A stretch of 64,000 nt of DNA, taken from the NCBI GenBank assembly GCA_026770705.1, contig JANJGN010000016.1, forward strand, positions 87,668,001 to 87,732,000, in the 5' to 3' direction. This document shows positions 15,301 to 28,400 of this stretch, piece after piece (the first letter of the stretch is position 1; every line of letters starts with the position of its first letter). A program made the translations under genes and the position numbers. The notes beneath the pieces were generated by a model. That model saw only the letters and a list, made by a program, of their open reading frames with translations, was not told the origin of the DNA and made no database searches. Source of the stretch: Isurus oxyrinchus. Lineage: Eukaryota.

Positions 15301-17957
15301 CCTACAGACAGTACTGGATAACACACCCACACACAGAGACACACACCTACATACAGTACTGGGTAACACACCCACACTCAGAGACACACACCTACAGACA
15401 TTACTGGGTAACACTCCCACACTCAGAGACACACACGTATAGAATGAACAGGGTAACACACCCACACACAGAGACACACACCTATAGACAGTACTGGGTA
15501 ACACACCCACACACAGAGACACACAGCTACAGATAGTACTGGGTAACACACCCACACACAGAGACACACACCTACAGACAGTACTGGGTAACACACCCAC
15601 ACTCAGAGACACACACCTACAGACAGTACTGGGTAACACACCCACACTCAGAGACACACACCTACAGACAGTACTGGGTAACACACCCACACTCAGAGAC
15701 ACACACCTACAGACAGTACTGGGTAACACACCCACACAAAGAGACATACACCTACAGACAGTACTGGGTAACACACCCACACTCAGAGACACACACCTAC
15801 AGAAAGTATTGGGTAACACACCCACACTCAGAGACACACACCTACTGACAGTACTGGGTAACACACCCACACTCAGAGACACACACCTACAGACAGTACT
15901 GGGTAACACAACCACACTCAGAGACACACACCTACAGACAGTACTGGGTAACACTCCCACACTCAGAGACACACACCTACAGACCGTACTGGGTAACACA
16001 ACCACAATCAGAGACACACACCTACAGACAGTACTGGGTAACACACCCACACTCAGAGACACACACCTACAGACAGTACTGGGTCACAGTCACACACACA
16101 CTCAGAGACACACACCTACAGACAGTACTGGGTTACACACCCACACACAGAGACACACACCTACAGACAGTACTGGGTCACAGTCACACGCACACTCAGA
16201 GACACACACCTACAGACAGTGCTGGTTAACACACCCACACACAGAGACACACACCTACAGACAGTACTGGGTCACAGTCACACCCACACTCAGAGACACA
16301 CACCTACAGACAGTACTGGGTAACACACCCACACACAGAGACACACACCTATAGACAGTACTGGGTAACACACCCACACACAGAGACACACACCTACAGA
16401 CAGTACTAGGTAACACACCCACACACAGAGACACACACCTACAGACAGTACTGGATAACACACCCACACACAGAGACACACACCTACAGACAGTACTGGG
16501 TAACACACCCACACTCAGAGACACACACCTATAGACAGTACTGGGTAACACACCCACACTCAGAGACACACACCTACAGACAGTACTGGATAACACACCC
16601 ACACACAGGGACACACACCTACAGACAGTACTGGATAACACACCCACACACAGAGACACACACCTACATACAGTACTGGGTAACACACCCACACTCAGAG
16701 ACACACACCTACAGACATTACTGGGTAACACTCCCACACTCAGAGACACACACGTATAGAATGAACAGGGTAACACACCCACACACAGAGACACACACCT
16801 ACAGACAGTACTGGGTAACACACCCACACACAGAGACACACAGCTACAGATAGTACTGGGTAACACACCCACACTCAGAGACACACACCTACAGACAGTA
16901 CTGGGTAACACACCCACACTCAGAGACACACACCTACAGACAGTACTGGGTAACACACCCACACTCAGAGACACACACCTACAGACAGTACTGGGTAACA
17001 CACCCACACTCAGAGACACACACCTACAGACAGTACTGGGTAACACACCCACACTCAGAGACACACACCTACAGACAGTACTGGGTAACACACCCACACA
17101 AAGAGACATACACCTACAGACAGTACTGGGTAACACACCCACTCACAGAGACACACAGCTACAGATAGTACTGGGTAACACACCCACACTCAGAGACACA
17201 CACCTACAGACAGTACTGGGTAACACACCCACACTCAGAGACACACACCTACAGACAGTACTGGGTAACACACCCACACTCAGAGACACACACCTACAGA
17301 CAATACTGGGTAACACACCCACACTCAGAGACACACACCTACAGACAGTACTGGGTAACACACCCACACTCAGAGACACACACCTACAGACAGTACTGGG
17401 TAACACTCCCACACAAAGAGACATACACCTACAGGCAGTACTGGGTAACACACCCACTCACAGAGACACACACCTACAGACAGTACTGGGTAACACACCC
17501 ACTCACAGAGACACACACCTACAGACAGTACTGGGTAACACACCCACTCACAGAGACACACACCTACAGACAGTACTGGGTAACACACCCACTCACAGAG
17601 ACTCACACCTACAGACAGTACTGGGTAACACACCCACTCACAGAGACACACACCTACAGACAGTACTGGGTAACACACCCACACAAAGAGACACACACCT
17701 ACAGACAGTACTGGGTAACACACCCACACAAAGAGACACACACCTATAGACAGTACTGGGTAACACACCCACACAGAGAGACACACACCTACAGACAGTA
17801 CTGGGTAACACACCCACACACAGAGACACACACCTACAGGCAGTACTGGGTAACACACCCACACACAGAGACACACACCTACAGGCAGTACTGGGTAACA
17901 CACCTACACACAGAGACACACACCTACAGGCAGTACTGGGTAATACACCCACACTCA
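9326..17957. repeat. 45-bp minisatellite (CTGGGTAACACACCCACACTCAGAGACACACACCTACAGACAGTA), ~190 copies with higher-order structure
   Basis: Direct reading; 15-aa repeat ORFs (LGNTPTLRDTHLQTV). Confidence 0.97.
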
Positions 17958-19106
17958 CGCCTTCCTCTACCTCCCAGAACCATGATAAGGTCCCCCTTGT
18001 CCACACTTATCACCTCACCAGCCTCCACATTCAAAGGATCATCCTTCGCCATTTCCGTCAACTCCAGCATGATGCCACCACCTAACACGTCTTTCCTTCA
18101 CCCCCCCACCCCGGCGGCATTCCGTAGGGATCATTCCCTCTGGGACACCCTGGTCCACTTTTCCATCACCCCCAACACCTCAATCCCCCCACACGGCACC
18201 GTCCCATGTAACCACAGAAGGTGTATCACCTGCCCCTTTACTTCCCCCCTCCTCCCTGTCCAAGGGCCCAAACATTCCTTTCAAGTGAAGCACATTTCAC
18301 TTGCACTTCCCTCAATTTGGTCTCCTGCATTCGCTGCTCCCAATGCGGTCTCCTCTACATTGGAGAGACCAAATGCAGACTGGGTGACCGCTTTGCAGAA
18401 AACCTTCAGTCTGACCCAGACATGACCCAGACCTCCCTATCGCTTGCCATTTCAACACACCACCCTGCTCTCATGTCCACATGTCTGTCCTTGGCTTGCT
18501 GCAATGTTCCAGTGAAGCCCAACGCAAACTGGAGGAACAGCACCTCATCTTCCGACCAGGCACTTTACAGCCTTCCGGACTGAATATTGAGTTCAACAAT
18601 TTCAGATCATGAACTCTCTCCTCCATCCCCACCCCCTTTCCTATCCCCCTTTTTCCAATAATTTATAATTTAAAAAAGTTTATATTTTTCTTTTCCCACC
18701 TATTTTTAAATTTATTTCGATCTATTGTTTTATCTCCACCTTTGAGCCCATTTCCATCCCCTCCCCACACCCCACCCCCACTAGGGCCATCTGCCACTAG
18801 CTTGTCCTGCTTGCTACTCTTAATGTCCCCATTAGCACATTCCTTAGGTAATAACACCAACATCAACCCCCCTTTGTCCTTTTGTCTATGACATCTTTGG
18901 CAATCTCTTCTTTGCCTCCGCCTATCACTGGCCCCCTATCCAGCTCTACCTGTGCCCCCCACCCCCCTCTACCAGCTTATATTTCACCTCATTTCTCTAT
19001 TTCGTTAGCTCTGATGTAGAGTCATGTGGACTTGAAACGTTAACTGTATTCCTCTCTGCAGATGCTGTCAGACCTGCTGAGTTTTTCCAGGTATTTATGT
19101 TTTTGT
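17958..19106 (+). mobile_element. Penelope-like retroelement, 3' part (GIY-YIG endonuclease and 3' end)
   Basis: ORF 18221-18583: FTCTSLNLVSCIRCSQCGLLYIGETKCRLGDRFAE; 3' end GAAACGTTAACT..GATGCTGTCAGACCTGCTGAGTTTTTCCAG. Confidence 0.85.
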
Positions 19107-19184
19107 CCCTTGTATCTTAACTGGCCTATAATTTCTATGCTTTCGTGACTCACTTGCTCTCTCTTCGAAATTTGGCTGTGCACC

Positions 19185-19440
19185 TCCCCCTGCTGAATCT
19201 AATCTCAGGATCCCATCCCTCTGCCAAGTTATTTTAAACCCTCCCCAACAGCACTAGCAAAACTCCCGCAAGGATGTTGGTCCCATTTCGGTTCAGGTGC
19301 AACCCATCCACCTTGTTACAGGTCCCATCGCCCCCAGAAACCATCCCAATGTCCCATAAATCTAAAACCCTCCCTCCTGCTCCACCTCTCCATCCACACG
19401 TTCATCTGGACTAACCTCCTATTTGTATACTCACCTGCGC
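19185..19440 (-). mobile_element. CR1 ORF1 (esterase-like) fragment
   Basis: Minus strand reads GHWD..W..W and GLHLN..GTNIL; reverse-complement similar to 53450-53670. Confidence 0.6.
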
Positions 19441-22400
19441 TGTAGAGTGTCAAGTAAGTGTGCGAGGGTGTAGAGTGTCAAGTAAGTGGGTGAGTGGATA
19501 GAGTGTCAGGTAAATGGGTGAGGGGGTGAAGTGTCAGGCAAATGGGTGAAGGGGCAGAGTGTCAGGTAAGTGGGTGAGGGGGTAGAATGTCAGTTAGTCA
19601 GTGAGGGGGTAAAGTGTCAGGTAAGTGGGTGAGGGGGTAGAATGTCAGGTAAGTGGGTGAGGGGGTAGATTGTCGGGTAAGTGGGTGAGGGGGTAGATTG
19701 TCAGGTAAGTGGGTGAGGGGGTAGAATGTCAGGTAAGTGGGTGAGGGGGTAGAATGTCAGGTAAGTGGGTGAGGGGGTAGAGTGTCAGGTAATTGGGTGA
19801 GGGGGTAGAGTGTCACGTAAGTGGGTGAGGGGGTAGAGTGTCAGGTAATTGGGTGAGGGGGTAGAGTGTCAGGTAATTGGGTGAGGGGGTAGAGTGTCAA
19901 GTAAGTGGTGAGGGATTAGAGTGTCAGGCAAGTGAGCAAGTGGGTAGAGAGTCAGGCAAGTGGGAGAGAGGGAAGAGTGTCAGGTAAGTGGGCAATGGGG
20001 TAGAGTTTCAGGTAAGTGGGTGAGGGGGTAATGTGTCAGGGAAGTGGGTGAGGCGATAAGATGGCAGGCAAGTGGGTGAGGGTGTAGGGTGGGTGACAAG
20101 TGGTTGAGTGGGTAGGGTGTCAGGCAAGAGGGGGAGGGGGTAGAGTGTCAGGTAAGTGGGCGAGAGCGTAGTGAGTTAGGTAAGTGGATGAGGGGCGAGG
20201 GTGTCAGGTAATTGGGTGAGTGGGTAGTGTGTCAGGAAATTGGGTGAGTGGGTAAGGTGTCAGGTGAGTTAGCCAGGGGGTGGGGTGGCAGGCAAGTGGC
20301 TGAGTAGGTAGAGTGTTAGGCAAGTGGGCGAGGGGGTAGATTGTCAGGCAAGTGGGTGAGGAGGTAAAGTGTAAGTTTAATGAGTGAGTTGTTAGTGTGT
20401 CAGGTAAGTGGTTGAAGTGGTAGAGTGTCAGGTAAGAGGATGAGGGGGTAGAGTATCAGGTATGTGGGTGAGGGGATAGAGTGTCAGGTAGGAGGGTGAG
20501 GGGTAGGGTGACAGGCCATTGGGTGACGGGGTAGATTGTCAGGCAAGTGAATGAGGCAATAGGGTAGCAGGAAAGTGGATGAGGGTGGTAGAGTGTCAGG
20601 TAAGTGGGTGAGGGTGTAGGGTGTCAGGTAAGTGGATGAGGGGGTAGGGTGTCAGGTAAGTGGGTGAGGGGGTATTGTGTCAGGTAAGTGGGTGAGGGGG
20701 TAGAGAGACAGGTATTTGGGTGAGAGGGCAGAGTGGCAGTTAAGTTGGTGAGGGGGTAGATGTCAATTTAGTCTGTGAGGAAGCAGGTTGTCAAGCAAGT
20801 GGGTGAGGGGGTAGGGTGGCAGGCAAGAGGGAGAGGTGTTATATTGTCTGGTAATTGGGTGAGGTGTTAGGGTGGCAGGCCAATGCGCAAGAGGGTAGAG
20901 TGCCAGGTAATTGGGTGAGGGGAAAGTGTGGCAGGCAAGTGGGTGAGGGTTTAGGGTTGTAGGAAATTGGGTGAGGGGGTAGAGTGTCAGGAAAGTGGGT
21001 GAGGTTGTAGCGTGGCTGGCAAGTGTTTGAGGGGGTAGAGTGTGAGGAAAGTGGGTGAGGGGGTAGAATGTCAGGTAAGTGTGTGAGGGGGCAGAGTGTC
21101 AGGTAAGTGGGTGAGGGGCCGGAGTGTCAGGTAAGTGGGTGAGGGGGTAGAGTGTCAGGTAAGTGGGTGAGGGGGCAGAGTGTCAGGTAAATGGGTGAGG
21201 GGGTAGGGTGGCAGGCAAGTGGGTGAGGGGGTAGGGTGGCAGGCAAGTAAGTTGGGGGTATTGTGGCAAGCAAGTGGGGGCGGGGGTAGAGTGTCTCAAT
21301 AAGTAGGCGAGGGTTTAGGGTGGCATGAATGTGGGTGAGGGAGTAGAGACTCAGGTAAGTGGTTGAGGGGTTAAGTGTCAGGCAATTGGGCGAGTGGGTA
21401 GATTGTCGGGTGGGTAGTTGAGGGGTAGAGTGTCAGGTAGGTGGGTGAGGGCGTAGGGCAACAGGAAAATGGGTGAGGGATTAGAGTGTCAGGCAAGTGG
21501 GTGTGGGGCCCGGTGTCAGGTAAGTGCGTGAGCGGATTCAGTGTAAGGTAAATGGGATAGGGGATACAGTGTCAGGCAAGTGGGTGAGGGGGTAGCGTGT
21601 TAGGTAAGTGGTTAAGGTGGTAGAGTGTCCGGTAGGTGAGTGATGGGGTAGAGTGTCAGGTAGGTGGGTGATGGGGTAGAATGTCAGTCAAATGGGTGTG
21701 GTTCTAAAGTGTCAGGTAGGTGGGTGAGGGGGTCCGGCGTCAGGCAAGGCAGTGAGGGGGGAGGGTGTCAGGCAAGTGAGTGAGGGGGGTAGCGTGTCAG
21801 ATAAGTGGTTAAGGTGGTAGAGTGTCAGGTAGGTGGGTGAAGGGGTAGAGTGTCAGGTAGGTGGGTGAAGGGGTAGAGTGTCAGGTAGGTGGGTGATGGG
21901 GTAGAGTGTCAGGTAGGTGGGTGAAGGGGTAGAGTGTCAGGTAGGTGGGTGATGGGGTAGAGTGTCAGGTAGGTGGGTGAAGGGGTAGAGTGTCAGGTAG
22001 GTGGGTGAAGGAGTAGAGTGTCAGGCAATTGGGCGAGGGGGCAGAGTGTCTGGCAAGTGGTAGATTGGGTAGAGTATCAGGTAAGTTGGTGAGGGGTTAG
22101 AGTTTCATTGTAAGTGGGTGACGAGGTAGAGTGTCAGGTATGTGGGTGAGCTGGTGCAGTGTCAAGTAAGTGGATGACGGGTTAGTTGGTCAGGTATGTG
22201 GATGAGATGGTAAAGTAAAAACAGAATTACCTGGAAAAACTCAGCAGGTCTGGCAGCATCGGCGGAGAAGAAAAGAGTTGACGTTTCGAGTCCTCATGAC
22301 CCGTCAACAGAACTGAGTGAATATTAGGAGAGGGGTGAAATATAAGCTGGTTTAAGCTGGTGGGGTGTGGCGGTGGGGGGAGAGAAGTGGGGGCATTGTG

Positions 22401-25400
22401 GTTGTAGGGACAAGCAAGCAGTGATAGGAGCAGATAATTAAAAGATGTCACAGACAAAAGAACAAAGAGGTGTTGAAGGTGGTGATATTATCTAAATGAA
22501 TGTGCTAATTAAGAATGGATGGCAGGACTCACAAGGTACAGCTCTAGTGGGGGTGGGGTGGAAAGGCTAACAGGGCATAAAAGATATAGATATAGAAGAT
22601 ATAAAAGTTGGTAAAGTGTCAGGGAAGTGGGTGAGGGCGTAGAGTGTAAGGCAAGTGGTTGAGGGGTTAGAGTGTCTCAATAAGTAGTTGAGGGGTTATG
22701 AATGTGGGTGAGGGGGTAGAGTGTCAAGTAAGTGGGTGAGGGGGTTGAGTGTCAGGTAAGTGGTTGAGGGGTTAAGTGTCAGGCAATTGGGCGAGTGGGT
22801 AGAGTGCCAGGTGGGTGGTTGAGGTGTAGAGTGTCAGGTAGGTGGGTGAGGGCGTAGGGCGACAGGAAAATGGGTGAGGGGGTAGAGTGTCAGGCAAGTG
22901 GGTGAGGGGATAGAGTGTTAGGTAAGTGGGTGTGGCAATAGGGTGGCAGGCAAGTGGATAAGGGAGTAGGGTGTCACGTAAGTGGGTGAGGGGCACGGTG
23001 TCAGGTAAGTGCATGAAGGGGTGGGGGGGCAGGCAAATGGGTGAGGGGGTAACTTGGCAGGCAAATGAGTTAGGGGGTAGGGTGGGAAGTCAAGTGGGTA
23101 AGGGGGTAGAGTGGCAGGCATGTGGGTGGGGGGGGTAGAGTGTCAGGAAAGTTGGTGAGGGTGTAGGGTGTCTGGTAAGTGGTTGATGGGGTGAGGGAGT
23201 AGAGTGTCAGTTAAATGGGTCAGGATAGGGGGGTAGTGTGTCAGGGAAGTGCTTGAGGGGGTACGGTGTCAGGGAAGTGGGTGAGGGGATAGAGTGTTAA
23301 GGATGTGTGTGAGGGAGTAGATTGTCTGGCAAGTGGTTGAGGGGGTAGGGGGCAGCCAAGTGGGTGATGGGGTAGAGTGTCAGGAAAGTGGGTGAGGGGG
23401 TAGAGTGTCAGTTAAATGGGTGAGGGGGGTAGAGTTTCAGGTAAGTGGTTGAGGTGGTAGAGTGTCAGGTAAATAGTGGAGGTGGTAGAGTGTCAAGCAA
23501 GTGAGTGAGGGGTAGGGTAGAAGGCATGTGGGTGAGGGGGGTAGGGCAGCAGGGAAATGTCTGAGCGGGTAGGGTGTCAGGCAAGTGAGTGAGGAGGTAG
23601 GGTAGAAAGCATGTGGGTGAGGAGGTAGTGTGGCATGCATTTGGGTAAGGGGTAGAGGGTCAGTCAAGTGTGCAAGGGGATAGAGTGGCGGGTAAGGGGG
23701 TGAGGGGCCTTTGTGTCAGGTAAGTGGGTGAGGGGGTGGGGTGTCAGGCAAGTGGGTGAGGGTGTAGGGTGTCAGGTAAGTGGGTGAGGGGGTATGGTGG
23801 CAGGTAAGGTGAAGATGGGGTAGGGTGGTAGGCAAGTGGGTGAATGGGTAGAGTGTCAGGTAAGTTGGTGAGGGGGGTGGGGTGTCAGGCAAGTGGGTGA
23901 GGGTGTAGGGTGTCAGGTAAGTGGGTGAGGGGGTAGAGAGGCAGGTATTTGGGTGAGAGGGCAGAGTGGCAGTTAAGTTGGTGAGGGGGTAGATGTCAAT
24001 TAAGTTTGTGAGGAAGCAGGTTGTCAAGCAAGTGGGTGAGGGTGTAGGGTGGCAGGCAAGAGGGAGAGGTGTTAATTGTCCGGTAATTGGGTGAGGTGTT
24101 AGGGTGGCAGGCCAATGCGCAAGAGGGTAGAGTGCCAGGTAATTGGGTGAGGGGAAAGTGTGGCAGGCAAGTGGGTGAGGGTTTAGGGTTGCAGGAAATT
24201 AGGTGAGGGGGTAGAGTGTCAGGAAAGTGGGTGAGGTTGTAGGGTGGCTGGCAAGTGTTTGAGGGGTGTCTTGTGTCAGGTAAGTGTGTGAGAACGTTAG
24301 AGTGTCAGTCAAGTGGGTGAGGGGGCAGAGTGTCAGGTAAGTGGGTGAGGGGGGAGAGTGTCAGGTAGGCGGGTGAGGGGCATGGTGTCAGGTATGTGTA
24401 AGTGGGATAAGGTATAAAGTGTCAGGTAAGTGGGCGAGGGGGGAGAGTGTCAGGTAGGCAGCTGAGGGGCATGGTGTCAGGTATGTGTGTGAGGGGATTC
24501 AGTGTAAGGCAAGTGGGATAGGGTATAAAGTGTCAGGTAAGTGGGTGAGGGAGTAGGGTGGCAAGCAATTGGGTGAGGGGGAGCTTGGCAGGCAATTGAG
24601 TGAGGGGGTAGGGTGGCAGTCAAGTGGGTGAGGGGGTAGGGTGGCAGGCATGTGGGTGAGGATGTAGGGTGTCAGGAAAGTGGGTGAGGATGTAGGGTGG
24701 GTGGCAAGTGGTTGATGAGGTAGTGTGTCAGGTAAGTGGGTGGAGTGGAGGGTGTCAGGTAATTGTATGAGGGGATAGAGTGTCAGGTAAGTGGGTGAGG
24801 GGGTTGAGTGTCAGGTCAGTGGGTGAGGAGGGTAGGGCAGCAGGCAAATGTGTGAGCAGGTACGGTGTCAGGCAAGTGGGTGAGGAGGTAGGGTGTCGGA
24901 CACTTAGGTGAAGGCGTAGCATGGCAGACAAATGGGTGATGGGGTAGGGAGGCAGGCAAGTGGGTGGGGGGTAGAATGGCAGGAAAGTGGGTGAGGGTAT
25001 AAGTTGGTAGGCAATTGGGTGAATGGATTGGATGGCAGGAAAGTGGGTGAGTGGTTAGAGTGTCAGGAAAGTGGGTGAGGTTGTAGGGTCACTGGCAAGG
25101 GGTTGAGGGGGTCGTGTGTCAGGTAAGTGTGTGAGAGGGTAGAGTGTCGGTAAGTGGGTGTTGGGTTAGGTTGGCTGGCAAGTGGGCGGGGGTGTAGGGT
25201 TGCAGAAAAGTGGGTATTGGGTTAGAGTGTCAGTCAAATGGGTGAGGGGGCAGAGTGTCAGGTAAGTGGGCATAAGGGTAGAGTGTCAGATAAGTGGGCG
25301 AAGGGATAGAGTGTCAGGCAATTGGGTGAGGGGTTAGAGTGTCAGGTAGATGGGTGAGGGTCTAGGACAGCAGGCAAGTGGGTGAAGGAGTAGGGTGGAT

Positions 25401-28400
25401 GGCAAGTTGGTGAGGAGGTGGGATGGCAGACAAGTATGTGAGGAGATAGAATATCAGGTAAGTGGGTGAGGCAAAAGGGTGGCAGGCAAGTGGGCAAGGG
25501 GTAGGGTGCCAGGTACTTGGGTGAGGGGCATTGTGCCAGGTAAGTGGGTGAGGGGGTAGGGTGCCAGGTACTTGGGTGAGGGGCATTGTGTCAGGTAAGT
25601 GGGTGAGGGGGTAGGGTGCCAGGTACTTGGGTGAGGGGCATGGTGTCAGGTAAGTGGATGAGAGGGTTCAGTGTAAGGCAAGTGGAATAGGGGATAGAGT
25701 GTCAGGTAAGTGGGTGAGGGGTTAGGGTGGCAGGCAAGTGGGTCAGGGGGAATTATGGCAGGCAAGTGTGGGAGGGGCTAGTGTCAGGTAGGTGGATGAG
25801 AGAGGAGGGTGACAGGCAAGTTGGTGAGTGGGTAGTGTGTCAGGTAATTGGGTGAGTGTGGAGAGTGTCAGGTAAATGGGTCAGGATTAGGTTGGTAAGC
25901 AGGTTGGTTAGGGGGTGGGGTGGCAGGCAAGTGGGTGAGGGGGTAGATTAGAGTATCAGATAGGAGGGTGAGGGTGTAGCATGACAGGCAAATGGGTGAG
26001 GGTGTAGCAAGACAGGCAAGTGGGTGAGGGGGTAGTGTGACAGGTAATTGGGTGAGGTGATAGGGTGGCAGTCAAGTGGGTGAAGGGTTAAAATGGCTGG
26101 CAAATGATTGAGGGATTAGTGTAGCAGGCAAGTGAGTGAGGGGGTAGGGTGGCAGTCAAGTGGGTAAGGGGGTAGGTTGGCAGGCAAGCAGATGAGGGGG
26201 TAGAGTGTCAGGAAATTATATGAGGGTATAGAGTGGGTGGCAAGTGGTTGAGAGGGTAGGGAGTCAGGCAATTGGTTTACTGGGTAGTGTGTCAGGTAAT
26301 GGGTGAGGGGCAGAGTAACAGGTAAGTCTGTGAGGGGATAGATTGTCAGGTAAGTGGATGAGGGGTTAAGGTGGCACACAAGTGGGTGAGGGGTTAAGAG
26401 TCAGGTAACTGGGCGAGTGGGTAGAGTGCCAGGTGGGTGGTTGAGTGGGTAGAGTGTCAGGTAGGTGGATGCGGGGGTAGGGCGACAGGAAAATGGGTGA
26501 GGGGCTAGAGTGTCAGGTAAGTGGGTGAGGGGTTAGGGTGGCAGGCAAGTGGGAGAGGGGGTAGTGTGTCAGGTAAGTGGGTGAGTTGGTATAGTGTCAG
26601 GTAAGTGCATGAGGGGTTAGTGGGTTAGGTAAGTGGATGAGAGGGGAGGGTGACAGACAACTTGGTGAGGGGATAGAATGTCAGGTAATTGGGTGAGGGG
26701 GTAGAGTGTTAGGTAAATGGGTCAGGGTTAGGTTGGCAGGCAGGTTGGTAAGGGGTTAGGGTGGCTCGCAAGTGGGTGAGGGGTAGAGCGTCAGATAGGT
26801 AGGTGAGGGTGTAGCATGACAGGCAATGGGTGAGGGGGTAGGGCAGCAGGCAAGTGGGAGAGGGTGTAGGGTGGCAGTCATGTGGGTGAGGTGGTTGAGT
26901 GCCAGGTAAGTGGTTGAGGGGTTAAGAGTCAGGCAGTTGGGCAAGTGGGTAGAATGCCAGGTGGGTGGTTGAGGGGGTAGTGTTAGGTAGGTGGGTGATG
27001 GCGTAGCATGACAGGCAAGTGGGTGAGGGGGTGGGGCGACAGGAAATTGGGTGAGGGACTAGAGTGTCAGGCAATTATGTGAGGGGGTAGAGTGTCAAGT
27101 AACTGAGTGAGAGGATAGAGTGTCAGGCAATTGCGTGAGGGGGTAGGGTGTCAGGCACTTGGGTGAGGGCGTAGCATGGCAGGCAAGTTGGTGAGAGGGT
27201 AGAGTGGCAGGTAAGTGGATGAGGGGTCAGAGTGGCAGTTAGGTGGGTGAGGGACTAATGTGATAGTCAAGTGGGCAAGGGGATAGAATGGCGGGTAAGT
27301 GGGTGAGGGGGTAGGGTGCCAGGTAAGTGTGTGAGAGGGTAGGGTGGTTGGTAAGTTGTCCAGGGGGTAGGCTGGCAGGCAAGTCGCTGAGTGGGTAGAG
27401 TGGCAGGTAAGTGGATGAGGGGTCAGAGTGGCATCAAGCGGGTGAGGGGATAGATTGTCAGATAGGTGGGTTAGTGGGTAGAGTGTCATGCATTTAGGTG
27501 AGGGGGTAGAGTGTCAGGTAAATGAAGGAGGCAGTAGGGTGGCAGGCACATGGGTGAGGGGTTAGATTTTCAGGGAAGTGGGTGAGGGGGTAGGGTGGCA
27601 GGTGAGTGGGCGAGAGGGTAGAGTGTCAGGTAAGTGGTAAAGAGAATAGAGTATCTGGTAAGTGGGTGAGGGAACGGGGCATCAAGTGGGTGAGGGGATA
27701 GAGTGTCAGGTTTGTCTGCGAGGGAGTAGAGTGTCAGGTAAGTGGTAGAGAGAGTAGAGTATCTGGTATGTGGGTGAGGGGTTCAGAGTGCCAGTCAAGT
27801 GGGTGAGGGGAGAGTGTGTCAGGTTAGTGGGCGAGGGTGTAGAGTGTGTGGTAAATGAGTGAGGGAGTAGTGTGTAAAGGAAGTAGGTGAGGGGGTAGAA
27901 TGTCAGGTAGGTGGATGAGGGTGTGGGGCAGCAGGCAAGGGGGTGAGCGGGTAGGGTGTCAGGCAATTGGTTGAGGGGGTATTGTGGTAGGCAAGTGGGT
28001 GAGGGGGTAAAGTGTCAGGCAAGTGGACAAGGTGATAGGATGATGGGTAAGTGGGTGAGGGGGTAGAGTGCCAGGTAAATGGTGAGGGGTTAGGGTGGCA
28101 GGTAAGTTGGCCAGAGGGTAGGATGGCAGGCATGTGGGTTCATGGGTAGAGTGGCAGGTAATTGGGTGAGGGGTTAGAGTATCAGTTTAGTGGGTGAGGG
28201 GTTAGAGTGTCAGTTTAGTGGGTGAGGGGGTAGTGAGTCAGCTAAATGAGTGAGGGAATAGAATGGCAGTTAAGTGGGTGAGGGGGTGGAGTGTCACGAA
28301 AGTGGGTGAGGGTGTAGAATGGCTGGCAAGTGTTTGAGGGGTAGGGTGGAAGGTAAGTGGGTGAGGGGGTATTGTGTCAGGTAAGTGGGTGAGGGGGGTA

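Noticed and set aside
9326-17957. CRISPR-like array or long repeat-protein ORFs
   Set aside because: Head-to-tail 45-bp units with no unique spacers and no cas genes in a vertebrate context; ORFs persist only because the unit is a multiple of 3 without stops.
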